Part shown: one piece after another, positions 9,845-23,454 of the stretch
Layout of the letters: every line of letters starts with the position of its first letter
Position numbering within the stretch: position 1 is the first letter of the stretch
Source: Bacillota bacterium
GTDB taxonomy: Bacteria > Bacillota > Clostridia > Christensenellales > CAG-917
Reading direction: 5' to 3'
DNA: 64,000 nt
NCBI GenBank assembly: GCA_023665365.1
Contig: JAMPEA010000002.1
Coordinates: 5,051 to 69,050, forward strand
Notes under the pieces: model-generated
Databases searched by the model: none
Seen by the model: the letters and a program-made list of their open reading frames with translations, nothing else
What the model was told of the DNA's origin: nothing
Position numbers and translations under genes: made by a program

Positions 9845-12800
9845 TTAGTACAAAGGCGAGCCTTCGGCAATAATTTCAAACGTATAGTCTGTATCGTTTA
9901 CGTCGATATAGTATTTCCAATATTCCTCGTCGTTCTCGTTGGTGGCGACAAATATCAAGCAGTCGTCCTCCTCGGAGAAGTAATAATATCCCTTGCGCGT
10001 ACGCGGTAGACCGTCGTCCTCGTAGAAGAAGTTGTAGGTCGCACTGCCGTAGCCGTCGAGCGTGAGCCTCGTATCGCGGTGTTCTCCGCTTTCGAGGACC
10101 ATATCTCCCGTGAGCGGATGGGTGCTGTATCCGTCGTACTCTCTGTATACGCCGTAGCCGCCCGCGGTTGACAGCTTAAAGCGGAAGCCTTCGCCGCTTG
10201 TGGGGTTGAACGTGTAATTTTTATCGTCCTTGCTGTAAGTGCCCTCGCCGATGGTTTGATAGGTCACGCTATCCTCGTCGTATGCCTGTATTGTCACCGT
10301 GCCATCAGCGTCGATAATCATTCTCTTATACGCGCTTATCGTGCCCGCTTGATAGGGGTAGTAGATGCCGATATTTTCCGACGCGGTTGAAAAGCTGTGG
10401 TTTTCCCTATTGAGCACGAAAGTTTTCTTGTTGTTGTCGTATACGAACGTCACCGCGTTGTAGTTTTTGCCGAACACCGTGCAGAGGGGGATTTCCGAGA
10501 AGTCGTCTCTATATATCGCTCTGCCGTAGCCCGTGAGAATGAGGGTATAGCCGTCGCTGTTTGTAAACTCGCCCGCCCAATTCGCGTCATATTCGATGAA
10601 AACTTGATAGTTGTTGAAAGTGTCCAGCACGAATTTAATCGTTGACGTATCGTCAAACGTGAGGGTGTAGACGTCCGCGTCTATTTTGTTGTCGTAAGAC
10701 TTGACGTAAGTTGTCTCTTTGTCGAGTTTAACGTCGCCGTCGTCATAGGAGTAGCACGCCGTGCCGTCTCCGCCGAGAATGAGCTTGGTTATGTCTGTGG
10801 CAAGGTCGAAGTCAAGCAGATATTGGAAGTAAACGCCCGCCTCGTTATTTTTGACGACAAAGTTGTCGCCGTCTATTTTGAACGTGTAGACGACGTTCGA
10901 GTCGGTGTATGCGTCGTAGTAGAGGAGGGTGACGATTTCCCATTCCTTTGCAAACTCGCCCTCGATGACAAAGTTGTCGCTGTCGCGGAAGGTGGCGTTA
11001 AAGCCGTAGCCGTCGAGGATAAGCGTAGCGCCGTCCGCCGCAGTGTACGTGCCCGCAAAGGCTTCGTCGTAAACCACGTATAGCCTTCTCCAATCCTCAG
11101 AATAGGCGTTGCCGAAATTGATTTGACGGATTGCAATTTTTATAGTGCTGCCACTAAAAATTATCTCAAACTCATCTTCGTTTTCGGTCTTATGATATAT
11201 GCCGCTCTTTTGTATGGCGAATTTATCGCTTGCGGGGTTGTAAACGTAAACGTCTGCGCGGTTTTCGCCGTTGAGGTAGATATAAGTCGTCGCGTCAAAG
11301 CCGTCGGCGTAGGAGTAGAGGTCGTACGTGCCGACTTCGTTGCCGATTTGCCTATAAGTGATGGTCGCGCCGCTGTCGTCAAAGCGGAAGAAGCGTTGAT
11401 TGTAGTTTTCGTCAGTGATGAGCAACAGGTCTTGATACATCTGCATCTCGCCGATGAACGTGCCGCCGCTGTCGTTGTGCGTGGCGTTGCCGTAGCCGTC
11501 GAGGACGATTGTCGAAGCTCCGTTCTCTGCCGACCAAGTGCCTGCCAGACTCTCGTCGTAGATTATGAACGCGCCGTAGACGTCGATGCCCGAGGTGATA
11601 GACGTAAGTTTAAAGTTGAACGTGTCCTTGAAAATGTCGTCCAGGGTAGCGCCGCCTATAAGCGAGACGAATTCGTATTTGATTTCGCCGCTTTCAAGCA
11701 CCTCGTACGTTCCGTTTGCGAGTTCTTGGGCAGTAGCGCCGCTGTTGGCGTAGACGGTAGCGCCGCCGCTGCCGTCAAGCAAAATGAGATAATCGCCGAT
11801 AGCGGGGGTTTTAATGTCGTACTGATAATAGACTCCTATCTCGTTGCCGACCGCCATAAAAGCGTGGATAGTATCAACTAAAACGTACGTCTTGACCTCT
11901 TTCGTAGATTCGTCGATAAAGTTGACGAATTCATCCGAAAAGCCCGATATACTTGTTTTTTCGCAGATGCCATAGACGGATTTATCGTTTGCGTCGGTGT
12001 AGGTCGCATAGCCGTAGCCGTCTACCGCAAGGGTTTCGCCGTCGGGGCTTGTGTACGTGCCGTAGACGGTTTTGTCAAAGATAGTAAACGCGTTGTAGAC
12101 GACGGGTCTCGCGCCCGTATCGGCGGATTGCCTTACGCGCTTTGCGAGCCTTACTTTGCAATCGCCGAACAAACCGAATGTGTAGTCAACGACCACTTTA
12201 AGGTCGTATTCCTCGGTGGCGGGGTTATACGTCTTGTACGTCCCCAAAGCCCAATCGGTCTCGTAATAGTCGCCGTAAATGCGGAAAGTATTGTCGCTGT
12301 TGAGATACAGACAACGCTCCATATTAAATGTGTCGTTTGAGGGATAGTAGAGCACGTATGCGTCCTTATCGAAGCCATACTCGTATACGTCGAATTGCGC
12401 GTTCGCTCCGTCGAGCACGGCGCAGAGGCTCGTTTCGTTATAGTCGAAGTCTACGTAAGTCCCGTCCAAGGAAAGCTCGGATTTTAAAACGACACCTTCA
12501 TAATCAATATAGGCATACTCGCCGTCGATAAAGATATAGTTTTCCTCGCCGACCTGTTGCAACTTTAATACATAGTCGTCGGGGATTGTGATAATCGGCT
12601 CGCCGTTAGACTCGTATCTCGCATAATAAGTTCTGTTTTCGGCGGGCATAATTTCCGGAAGAGATACGCTTTCGCCCTCGTCATTCAAAAACCAGCCGAC
12701 AAAGTTCATTCCGTCCTTTTGCGGCGCGGTGGGCGGCGTAATAGTCTTGCCCGCTTCGCTCACGATGGACGGAATGCTTTCGCCCTCCACCACGAACGAT

Positions 12801-12904
12801 AGAGTGTAAGTTTTAGGGTCGTTGTTGCACGCCGTCGCAAATACGGCGACGCACACTGTAAGGAGTATTGCCAACAAAATAAGTCCGATTCTGTTTCTTT
12901 TCAT
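9845..12904 (-). CDS. large repetitive surface lipoprotein (Listeria-Bacteroides repeat N-terminus)
   Basis: RBS GGAGG and lipobox 'VFATACN'. InlB-B-repeat-like 'YTLSFVVEG...MNFVGWFLN...TYYARY'. Then at least 5 copies of a 'YD(E/A)xxAG(T/E)(Y/W/F)..DGxTLxLDGYGxA' module. Confidence 0.8.
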   Translation of the reverse strand: MKRNRIGLILLAILLTVCVAVFATACNNDPKTYTLSFVVEGESIPSIVSEAGKTITPPTAPQKDGMNFVGWFLNDEGESVSLPEIMPAENRTYYARYESNGEPIITIPDDYVLKLQQVGEENYIFIDGEYAYIDYEGVVLKSELSLDGTYVDFDYNETSLCAVLDGANAQFDVYEYGFDKDAYVLYYPSNDTFNMERCLYLNSDNTFRIYGDYYETDWALGTYKTYNPATEEYDLKVVVDYTFGLFGDCKVRLAKRVRQSADTGARPVVYNAFTIFDKTVYGTYTSPDGETLAVDGYGYATYTDANDKSVYGICEKTSISGFSDEFVNFIDESTKEVKTYVLVDTIHAFMAVGNEIGVYYQYDIKTPAIGDYLILLDGSGGATVYANSGATAQELANGTYEVLESGEIKYEFVSLIGGATLDDIFKDTFNFKLTSITSGIDVYGAFIIYDESLAGTWSAENGASTIVLDGYGNATHNDSGGTFIGEMQMYQDLLLITDENYNQRFFRFDDSGATITYRQIGNEVGTYDLYSYADGFDATTYIYLNGENRADVYVYNPASDKFAIQKSGIYHKTENEDEFEIIFSGSTIKIAIRQINFGNAYSEDWRRLYVVYDEAFAGTYTAADGATLILDGYGFNATFRDSDNFVIEGEFAKEWEIVTLLYYDAYTDSNVVYTFKIDGDNFVVKNNEAGVYFQYLLDFDLATDITKLILGGDGTACYSYDDGDVKLDKETTYVKSYDNKIDADVYTLTFDDTSTIKFVLDTFNNYQVFIEYDANWAGEFTNSDGYTLILTGYGRAIYRDDFSEIPLCTVFGKNYNAVTFVYDNNKKTFVLNRENHSFSTASENIGIYYPYQAGTISAYKRMIIDADGTVTIQAYDEDSVTYQTIGEGTYSKDDKNYTFNPTSGEGFRFKLSTAGGYGVYREYDGYSTHPLTGDMVLESGEHRDTRLTLDGYGSATYNFFYEDDGLPRTRKGYYYFSEEDDCLIFVATNENDEEYWKYYIDVNDTDYTFEIIAEGSPLY

Positions 12905-13125
12905 ATTGCCTCCGCGTTCAGTCGAACGGTTTTATCGTGTTTTTGCCGTTTTTATTGATTGCTAAATATACATAGTATACTTATATTTATAAGTTAATGA
13001 CAATATTATCATAGGATTTCCGTTTTGTAAAACGAATATTTATAAATTTCGACTGTTAAATTTTGGTTAAATCCCTCAAAAATCCGACAGTGTTAAAAAC
13101 TCGGCGGCTTGGCAATAATTCGCTT

Positions 13126-13359
13126 ATGAGAGAAATCGGACAAAATCTTGACAACGCCAAAAGGCAGGTGAAAAGCCTGCTCAATATCCCCGTGCTCGTC
13201 AAAGTCAACAGCGGACGCGGCAAAAGTACGCTCTTAAAAGGCGAGGTGACTGCGGTGTTCCCCGCGGTGTTTTCCATACGCCTCGACACGGGCGAACTTA
13301 AAACGTTTTCCTACGCGGACGTGCATACGCGCACGGTCGTTCTGCGTATTCAAAGCTGA
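13126..13359 (+). CDS. veg: Veg-family small protein
   Basis: 77 aa, collinear with B. subtilis Veg ('VKVNSGRGKS..GEVTAVFPAVFSIRLD...FSYADVHTRTVVL'). No clear SD, so the start is uncertain. Confidence 0.75.
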   Translation: MREIGQNLDNAKRQVKSLLNIPVLVKVNSGRGKSTLLKGEVTAVFPAVFSIRLDTGELKTFSYADVHTRTVVLRIQS

Positions 13360-13424
13360 TTAGCGCCTGCAAATTTAAAGCGACGTGTCATAATCTCGAC
13401 GCTCCTCGCATACTGTTAAGCGAT

Positions 13425-14927
13425 ATGGAGGAGTGTATGTTTGATTTTGATAAATTCAGTGTGAGCAAATTTTACGTTGCGCCGTCGGTGGAGAGAGTGG
13501 TCGAGTTTTCTCCTCCCGGAATCGATATGCAAAATATCGCAAAAGTGCTTTCTCTTGCGGTCGAGGCGAAGTGCAATTCGCAGGACGTGTACGACGGCTA
13601 CGCCCAAATCGGCGGCAGAACCAACTTCCGCCTTTGCTATCTCGACAGAGAAGGCACGCCGCGCACAGCCGACTATAACGCGGATTTCACAGTGCGCGTG
13701 GACGGCGAGTTTACGGCGGACGACATAGTCACCTGCACGATAAAAGTGGTCGAATCCGACATACAGGCAACCGATACGCTTTTGCTTTCGGCGGTGCTCG
13801 AAGTCTCGGTCTGCGCGCAGCGCAGAGAGGAAATCGAAGCGCTTGTCGGCGCCGAGCAGTGCTACAAGACGACGAGAAAAATTTATTTGCCGTCCTTTAT
13901 CGCGTCCAAGACGGCTTCCTCGCCCTTCGAGGACGAGCAGGAAGTCGGCGGCGAGATAAGCTCCGTGCTCGGGCTAAACGTAAATTGCGCGGTCAAGCGC
14001 GCAGAAGCCATCGACGGCGGCGCTGTCGTCGGCGCGAGCGTATTTGCGCTTGTCACCTACGTCGAGGGCGGCACGATTAAACAGCGCGAGTTTAAAATGG
14101 ACGTCGAGGAGGAACTTAATCTCGACGGCGTTCAGACGGGCGACAGCATATGTGTGCACGCAAGCGTAAAGTCCTCAAAAATCATACTTCAAGGTGTGAC
14201 CGACGACAACGTCATAAAGGTCGAGGGCGAGCTTCAATTTAAAATCCAAGCGTTTAGATGCTCCGAAATCGACGTTATCGACGATATGTTTACTCTTACT
14301 AACGAGGTTAGCGTCACAAGAGAAAGCAAGGATTACGTCTGCTTCGACGGATGCGGATTTTTTAGCGAAAACGTGTCGGGCACAGCCATACTCGGCGACA
14401 ACCGCGCTCCCGTCATCGAGGTCAACGCGCTTCCGTATGCGAGATGCTACACCTCCAAGGCTTACGTCGACGAGGACGGCAAACTCGCGGTCGAGGGCAT
14501 CGTCAATACGGACGTGGTTTACACTGACGAAAACGGCTATAATTCGGTCAGGACGGAAATCCCGTTCTCCCTCTCGATTGCAAGCGTCCAGCCCTTTTCA
14601 AAGACGGTCAAGGTCTGCTGTTCGGTCGAGGGCATAAGCGCGAGGGTCAGGCGCGAAAGAGAAATCGATATCGACGTTCGCCTCGGCGTAGAGGTGTGCG
14701 GATATAGCTCGGTGACGGCGGATTATATCTCGGCGGTCGAGGTCGGCGAGGAAAAGCCTCAAAACAAATCCGCGCTCTCGCTGTATATCGCAAACGACGG
14801 CGACGAAATCCTCGACCTGTGCAAGGCGCTCACCGCTATGCCCGAGCAGATTATCGCGCAAAATCCCGCGTTGCAGTTCCCGCTCAAAGAGGGCGACCGC
14901 GTGCTGTATTTCAGACAGATGCTCTAA
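13425..14927 (+). CDS. DUF3794-like protein with C-terminal LysM-like domain (SipL-like architecture)
   Basis: Repeated beta-rich modules. C-terminus 'YIANDGDEILDLCKALTAMPEQIIAQNPALQFPLKEGDRVLYF' fits a LysM pattern. Alternative start at ATG 13437. Confidence 0.5.
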   Translation: MEECMFDFDKFSVSKFYVAPSVERVVEFSPPGIDMQNIAKVLSLAVEAKCNSQDVYDGYAQIGGRTNFRLCYLDREGTPRTADYNADFTVRVDGEFTADDIVTCTIKVVESDIQATDTLLLSAVLEVSVCAQRREEIEALVGAEQCYKTTRKIYLPSFIASKTASSPFEDEQEVGGEISSVLGLNVNCAVKRAEAIDGGAVVGASVFALVTYVEGGTIKQREFKMDVEEELNLDGVQTGDSICVHASVKSSKIILQGVTDDNVIKVEGELQFKIQAFRCSEIDVIDDMFTLTNEVSVTRESKDYVCFDGCGFFSENVSGTAILGDNRAPVIEVNALPYARCYTSKAYVDEDGKLAVEGIVNTDVVYTDENGYNSVRTEIPFSLSIASVQPFSKTVKVCCSVEGISARVRREREIDIDVRLGVEVCGYSSVTADYISAVEVGEEKPQNKSALSLYIANDGDEILDLCKALTAMPEQIIAQNPALQFPLKEGDRVLYFRQML

Positions 14928-14950
14928 GCTCGTTTTCAAAATCGAAAAAA

Positions 14951-14983
14951 TAAGCCTCTTTCCGTCGAAAGAGGCTTATTTTA
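14951..14983 (+). terminator. rho-independent terminator
   Basis: 12-bp stem taagcctctttc/gaaagaggctta followed by TTTT. Confidence 0.8.
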
Positions 14984-15094
14984 AGTATTCAAATTGCGGC
15001 AGTAAAATTGACAAAGTTCCAAAAAGGTATGTATAATAGATTTTAAAGTATTTATACATACTATTTTTATAAATATCTTACTCACGGAGAACAT

Positions 15095-17785
15095 ATGAAA
15101 ATCAAAAGTAAGTTATCCATAATTTTTGTACTCTGCCTCGCGTTGTTGCTTGCGGTGTCGCTCGTCGCGTGCAACGACAATAACGGCGACGGAAAAGACG
15201 ACGGTTTAAACAAATATGAGACATCCACTTACACCGTCACTTTCAACACGGACAGCAAGGATATGACGAGCATCTCTACTCCTACTATCCCCAACGTCAA
15301 GTCCGGCTCGAAAATATCCGAGCCGACCGACGCGGACGGAAAAAAAATCGTGCCTTATAAGAGGGGTTACGTCTTTAAGTTCTGGGCGAAAAGCAACGGC
15401 GACGAATTCGATTTTAAAAACGACACGATAACCGAAAACACCACCTTAAAGGCTACGTACGAACCTATCGTTTACTATCACTCTGTAAACCTCGCGGAAA
15501 AATACGTCTACGATAGGACCGAGGTCGTTGACGAAACCGAAACGGATATTTACGAAAAGGTCGAGCGCGATGCGAGCGACGCAGTGACGCTTGCGGACGA
15601 GGAGCTTGACAAAACCACCACGCATTTGAAATCGACTTACGCGTCTACAAATTCAAGCCTGCCGTGCCCCACAAGCGATACGCAGGACAACAAATTCTGT
15701 TTTTGGTACTACGTCAACAAGGACGGCAAACCCATTCAGTTTTCCAAGTGGGCGGGTGAGAATGATACGACCGTCAACGAGCTTATCTCCTATTCTATCG
15801 TGTCGGACGACGCGAACGACATCACGAAAGGACTCGTGCTATATCCTATGTTCACAAACGACTTGCCCAAGGTCACCGTCATATATCAAGATGTCGACGG
15901 GTCGGAATTGTTCGACAGCGAGGATTATAGATTTGGGCAGAACGTAGCAAAAGAAACCTCAACCGGTCCAATACCCGACAAGGACGATTATAAGTTTGTC
16001 GAGTGGTACTACGAGCTTGAAAAAACCTCAAACGGCACGACTACCGTCGAGAATACCGCGTTCGTATTCGACGACGGAAAGGACAATACAAAGCCCACCT
16101 CTCCCATCGACGCGGCGGGCGCGGAAAACAACTTCAAGCCCGTCGAGCTTGTGCTCAAAGCCAAGTGGATAAGGGAAATCACTATTACTAATGCGGCGAG
16201 TTTCAACTTGTTTTACGACGAACTGAAAGGGCTGACCGCGATTGCGGCTCCCACCGACGAGGAGCAGGCTAAGCTCGATGAAATCCTCAATGCAAATATC
16301 CTTATCAACGGGACGATAAATTTGGGCACGGATACCTACGAACCGCTGTTTGACAAGGCGCACTCGTTCAAGGGCACGATAGACGGCTTGACCAAAACTG
16401 GCGAAACTACCTCTGAAAACGCAGTGCTCACGGGCGGAAAATTCGGCGACGCGACGAGCGCGTCGGTGTTCGGATACAACGAGGGCACTATTCAAAACGT
16501 AGATTTTAAAAATATAGAGCTCGAAATCAAAGATGCAACGGCGGCAACAGTCTACTTGGGCGTTATCGCCACCGACAATACGGGCACGATTGAGAACTGT
16601 AACGTAGATAATGCGTTCTCGCTTTCGGATTTACATTCGGTCGTGTTCGGCGGAATAACCGCAACCAACCACGGTACAACCAAAAACGGCATAATCAGAC
16701 ATTGCAATGTCGATATAGACAATTTTTCGGCAAATTGCAAGGCGTTGACGTTCGGCGGCATTGCGGGCGAGAGCAATGTGTCGGCAAGCATCGTCAACTG
16801 CAATGTCAATATCAATATATCGGATGCGAACTGCGTGGACGACAAAAATTCGAAAAACGGCAAATCCGCTTTGATTGTCGGCGGACTCGTCGGCTTCAAT
16901 TCGAGCGCGATAAGGCTTTGCAAGGTCACGCTTACGCTTAAAAACGCAACCAGCCTCACGGAGTTTGTGTTCGGCGGCGCTACGGGCGTAAATAACGGCA
17001 GTATCCGCACGACCTATGCCGTCGTCGAGCTGGGCGAAGAGGCTGTTCCGGTCAAGGCGCGAGGAGCGTTGGTCGAGTCCGAAACGAGCATAGGCGGGCT
17101 TATCGGCAGAAACGGCGGCTACGTCCTCAACTGCTACGCGTCGGCAAACCTCTACGTCGAAATTTCCGACGAGCCCGCAAACGGAAGCAATCTGTACGTC
17201 GGCGGACTTGTAGGAAGCAATTACAGCGGCTTGACCGACAACAACGAAACCGTCACCGAATCGGGCATCTGCGCAATAAATTACTGCTATACGACGGGCG
17301 AAATCGTTGTCAAAGTGAGCGACAGCATAAAATCCGTCAACGCGCACGTCGGCGGCATTGCGGGCAGAAACTCCCATAAAAAAGTCGCCTCTCTCTTCTC
17401 CGCCGTCAAGATAAACGTGACGAACGACGGCAACAACTACCTCGGACATATCTTTGGCAAAATGGTCAACGACGTCAAAACAAACGGCAAGATTTTCTAT
17501 GACGGCGAAAGCGTCGTAAAGCTCACCAAAGGCGGCATAACCCATGATATTACGGGCACGGGCGAGGGCGCTGAGGAATTCGTCGCCTTTACAAACATAG
17601 GCGAGGGCACCGCCGCGGCAAACTTCAAAAAGGCGGAATGGGTGACGGGCACCGAGGACGTTTCAGCTCCGCTCGGCTTCAACGGCAAAATATGGGAAGT
17701 CAACGCGGACTCCTATCCGAGCTTCATTTCAAGCATTTACGCCGACGGCGCGACTACGACTACCGACACTTCGAGCAAAGATTAA
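15095..17785 (+). CDS. surface lipoprotein with Listeria-Bacteroides repeats and GLUG-motif region
   Basis: Lipobox 'SLVACN'. Repeats 'YTVTFNTDS..GYVFKFWA' and 'YKFVEWYY'. C-terminal half has many 'GG(I/L)(A/V/I)G(R/S/F)N' GLUG-type motifs. Confidence 0.8.
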   Translation: MKIKSKLSIIFVLCLALLLAVSLVACNDNNGDGKDDGLNKYETSTYTVTFNTDSKDMTSISTPTIPNVKSGSKISEPTDADGKKIVPYKRGYVFKFWAKSNGDEFDFKNDTITENTTLKATYEPIVYYHSVNLAEKYVYDRTEVVDETETDIYEKVERDASDAVTLADEELDKTTTHLKSTYASTNSSLPCPTSDTQDNKFCFWYYVNKDGKPIQFSKWAGENDTTVNELISYSIVSDDANDITKGLVLYPMFTNDLPKVTVIYQDVDGSELFDSEDYRFGQNVAKETSTGPIPDKDDYKFVEWYYELEKTSNGTTTVENTAFVFDDGKDNTKPTSPIDAAGAENNFKPVELVLKAKWIREITITNAASFNLFYDELKGLTAIAAPTDEEQAKLDEILNANILINGTINLGTDTYEPLFDKAHSFKGTIDGLTKTGETTSENAVLTGGKFGDATSASVFGYNEGTIQNVDFKNIELEIKDATAATVYLGVIATDNTGTIENCNVDNAFSLSDLHSVVFGGITATNHGTTKNGIIRHCNVDIDNFSANCKALTFGGIAGESNVSASIVNCNVNINISDANCVDDKNSKNGKSALIVGGLVGFNSSAIRLCKVTLTLKNATSLTEFVFGGATGVNNGSIRTTYAVVELGEEAVPVKARGALVESETSIGGLIGRNGGYVLNCYASANLYVEISDEPANGSNLYVGGLVGSNYSGLTDNNETVTESGICAINYCYTTGEIVVKVSDSIKSVNAHVGGIAGRNSHKKVASLFSAVKINVTNDGNNYLGHIFGKMVNDVKTNGKIFYDGESVVKLTKGGITHDITGTGEGAEEFVAFTNIGEGTAAANFKKAEWVTGTEDVSAPLGFNGKIWEVNADSYPSFISSIYADGATTTTDTSSKD

Positions 17786-17814
17786 AAGCGCCTAACGCAT
17801 AAACTCTATCATAA

Positions 17815-17851
17815 AAGCCTCGCGGCGTAGTTTGCGAGGCTTTGCTTTTTT
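17815..17851 (+). terminator. rho-independent terminator
   Basis: Stem aagcctcgc/gcgaggctt followed by a T-run. Confidence 0.7.
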
Positions 17852-18015
17852 CAACCGTCGAGTTTGCTGTCTATCAAGCTCAAAAGCACCCTCTTTCCGT
17901 TTTTAAGGTTGATATAAAACATATATCCCATTTCTTTGTCTACGTACTGCACGCTGTCCACGTCGTCGATTTCGGTCGCCACAAGTTCGCCGATTGTGAT
18001 AAGCAGGTCTTCCAT
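17851..18015 (-). CDS. small acidic hypothetical protein (54 aa)
   Basis: ATG 18015 preceded by GGAGG. No recognisable family. Confidence 0.4.
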   Translation of the reverse strand: MEDLLITIGELVATEIDDVDSVQYVDKEMGYMFYINLKNGKRVLLSLIDSKLDG

Positions 18016-18319
18016 AATATATACCTCCGAAGATTTTTCTTTTTGTGACATATTTAGTTTAAGATTTTTAAAAAGCATAAGTCAACGATAGCCGAGTTTT
18101 AATTTCAACGATTTTTGACTTATTTTGTCGATATATGTCTATTGAAACGCGCAATGCGACAAAACAACGTTTAATTTGACATAGTTCCCGATAATAATCG
18201 CCGTTTCGCCGTCGAAACGCCGATTTGCAAGTAATCTTGTGTTTTCTTCGTCGGATTTTTTGAAATTAAAAGAGTGCGCCCGTTTGGTTCATAGAATTAA
18301 CCGTCTAAAATATTATAAA

Positions 18320-18363
18320 TTAGGCAATGCCTAAATGTCAAGCAAAAATTAGGCATTGCCTAA
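18320..18363. promoter_or_regulatory. two copies of a 15-bp palindrome (candidate XRE operators)
   Basis: TTAGGCAaTGCCTAA (18320-18334) and TTAGGCAtTGCCTAA (18349-18363), 29 bp centre to centre, just upstream of the XRE gene RBS. Confidence 0.6.
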
Positions 18364-18385
18364 AAAATATTAAAGAGGTGAAATT

Positions 18386-18622
18386 ATGATAGTTCTCAAT
18401 CAAATTAGGTCGAATTTGCAAAACGCAATCAAGCAAAGCGGCTTGCAACAAAAGGAAATCAGCGAAAAAATCGGCATCAGCCAAGCGACGATTTCGCAAT
18501 ATATGTCGGGCAGGGCTATGCCCGCGCTTGATACGTTCGCGCGGCTTTGCGTAGCTCTCGACCTTGACGCAAACGAGATTTTGCAAATCACAAGCGAGAA
18601 TAAGCATATTCATAAAAAGTGA
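18386..18622 (+). CDS. XRE-family HTH transcriptional regulator
   Basis: HTH_3 'LQQKEISEKIGISQATISQYMSGRAMPALDTFARLCVAL'. RBS AGAGGTG. Confidence 0.85.
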   Translation: MIVLNQIRSNLQNAIKQSGLQQKEISEKIGISQATISQYMSGRAMPALDTFARLCVALDLDANEILQITSENKHIHKK

Positions 18623-18633
18623 TTTGACGGTTT

Positions 18634-18670
18634 AAAAAAAGAGCGTCGCAGTTTTGCAACGCTCTTTTTT
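18634..18670. terminator. bidirectional terminator between XRE gene and PFOR gene
   Basis: Hairpin gagcgt..acgctc flanked by A7 and T6 runs. Confidence 0.6.
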
Positions 18671-18691
18671 GACCCTTATTTGAGTTTTTGA

Positions 18692-22255
<3,564 letters not shown>

Positions 22256-22467
22256 TTACGCGCGTACGTGTACGCACATTTATAGATATTATAATTGTTA
22301 ATTTTTTATAAGTCAATATAAAAACGCGCTATTTGCCGATAGCCGTTTGAAAATATCAATAGATATAGTCCGCTTAACAGTTTCTATATTATATAGGACG
22401 GCGGCGAATTTTCGGGAGACCTGCGAAAACTTTTGCCAATCCGACCGCGGCGTAGTATAATGTGCAT

Positions 22468-23010
22468 ATGGATAAAAATTTGAATTTGACTGAAATCGAA
22501 AAAACTGCGCACGTCCTATACGAGGGGTGGATAATTTCCTTGCGCGTAGACGACGTGACGCTCCCCGACGGCAGGGACGCAAAGCGCGAGTACGTCTCGC
22601 ATAGGGGCGGGGCGGCGGTGCTCGCCGTTGACGACGAGGAGTACGTCTACCTCGTGCGCCAATTCAGATACCCCTATCGAGAGGAGCTTGTCGAAATCCC
22701 TGCGGGCAAGCTCGAAGAGGGCGAGGAGGCGATATACACCGCTCGGCGCGAACTCGACGAGGAAATCGGAATGACCGCCGAGGAAATCCTCCCGTTCGGC
22801 GTGATATATCCGACCCCCGGATACACCGACGAGCACCTGCATATCTTTTTGGCAAAGGGCTTGAAGAAAACCCATATGCACCTCGACGACGGCGAGTTTT
22901 TGAGGGTGGAAAGAGTGCCGTATAAAACTGTCCTCTCGCAGGTTTTGAGCGGTGAAATTAAGGATGGGAAGACTTGCTATGCAATTCTTAAATACGCCTT
23001 GCATAAATAA
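22468..23010 (+). CDS. NUDIX hydrolase (ADP-ribose pyrophosphatase-like)
   Basis: Nudix box 'GKLEEGEEAIYTARRELDEEIG'. TATAAT at 22456-22461 lies 6 nt before ATG 22468 with no SD, so the mRNA may be leaderless. Confidence 0.8.
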   Translation: MDKNLNLTEIEKTAHVLYEGWIISLRVDDVTLPDGRDAKREYVSHRGGAAVLAVDDEEYVYLVRQFRYPYREELVEIPAGKLEEGEEAIYTARRELDEEIGMTAEEILPFGVIYPTPGYTDEHLHIFLAKGLKKTHMHLDDGEFLRVERVPYKTVLSQVLSGEIKDGKTCYAILKYALHK

Positions 23011-23219
23011 GCACGCTATTTGATGTGTGATTTTATTTAAGAAAAATTCGGCATAATAGAAAATATAAAAGCCCTCCCATTGAGGGGAGGGTGTCACGCA
23101 GTGACGGGTGAGGTGTAACCACATTATTAAGGGGGTAAGGGCTGGCGATAAAATTAGCGCAAGTGGCACAACAACGATAGGGTCTATCGTTGTTAAAGCC
23201 ACAGCTTAATTTTATCTTG

Positions 23220-23284
23220 CTACCGCGCAAAACATTTTTGCTAAGATTTTTTCAAAATATTACGCAAAAATCTTTTGCTTGGTG
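23220..23284. repeat. ~65-nt intergenic repeat (copy A) with two GCAAAA-N3-TTTTGC mini-hairpins
   Basis: First 26 nt and last 26 nt are identical to 30093-30157 ('ctaccgcgcaaaacatttttgctaag' ... 'attacgcaaaaatcttttgcttggtg'). Confidence 0.8.
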
Positions 23285-23454
23285 TGCCTATACCCCCTTA
23301 TGAACCCCCTTACCCGAAAACTCCTCAAAACCCCCTTGCCCCCTTATTCTTTAAGGGGAGGGAGTGGAATATTTCATTATCATATATTAACAACCGCGCA
23401 ATAGCGCGGTTTTATCTATACATTTTAAGCACTTTAAGTGGCGATTTTGAAATT

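Noticed and set aside
16631-17545. 304-aa minus-strand ORF
   Set aside because: It is antisense to the GLUG-repeat surface protein gene.
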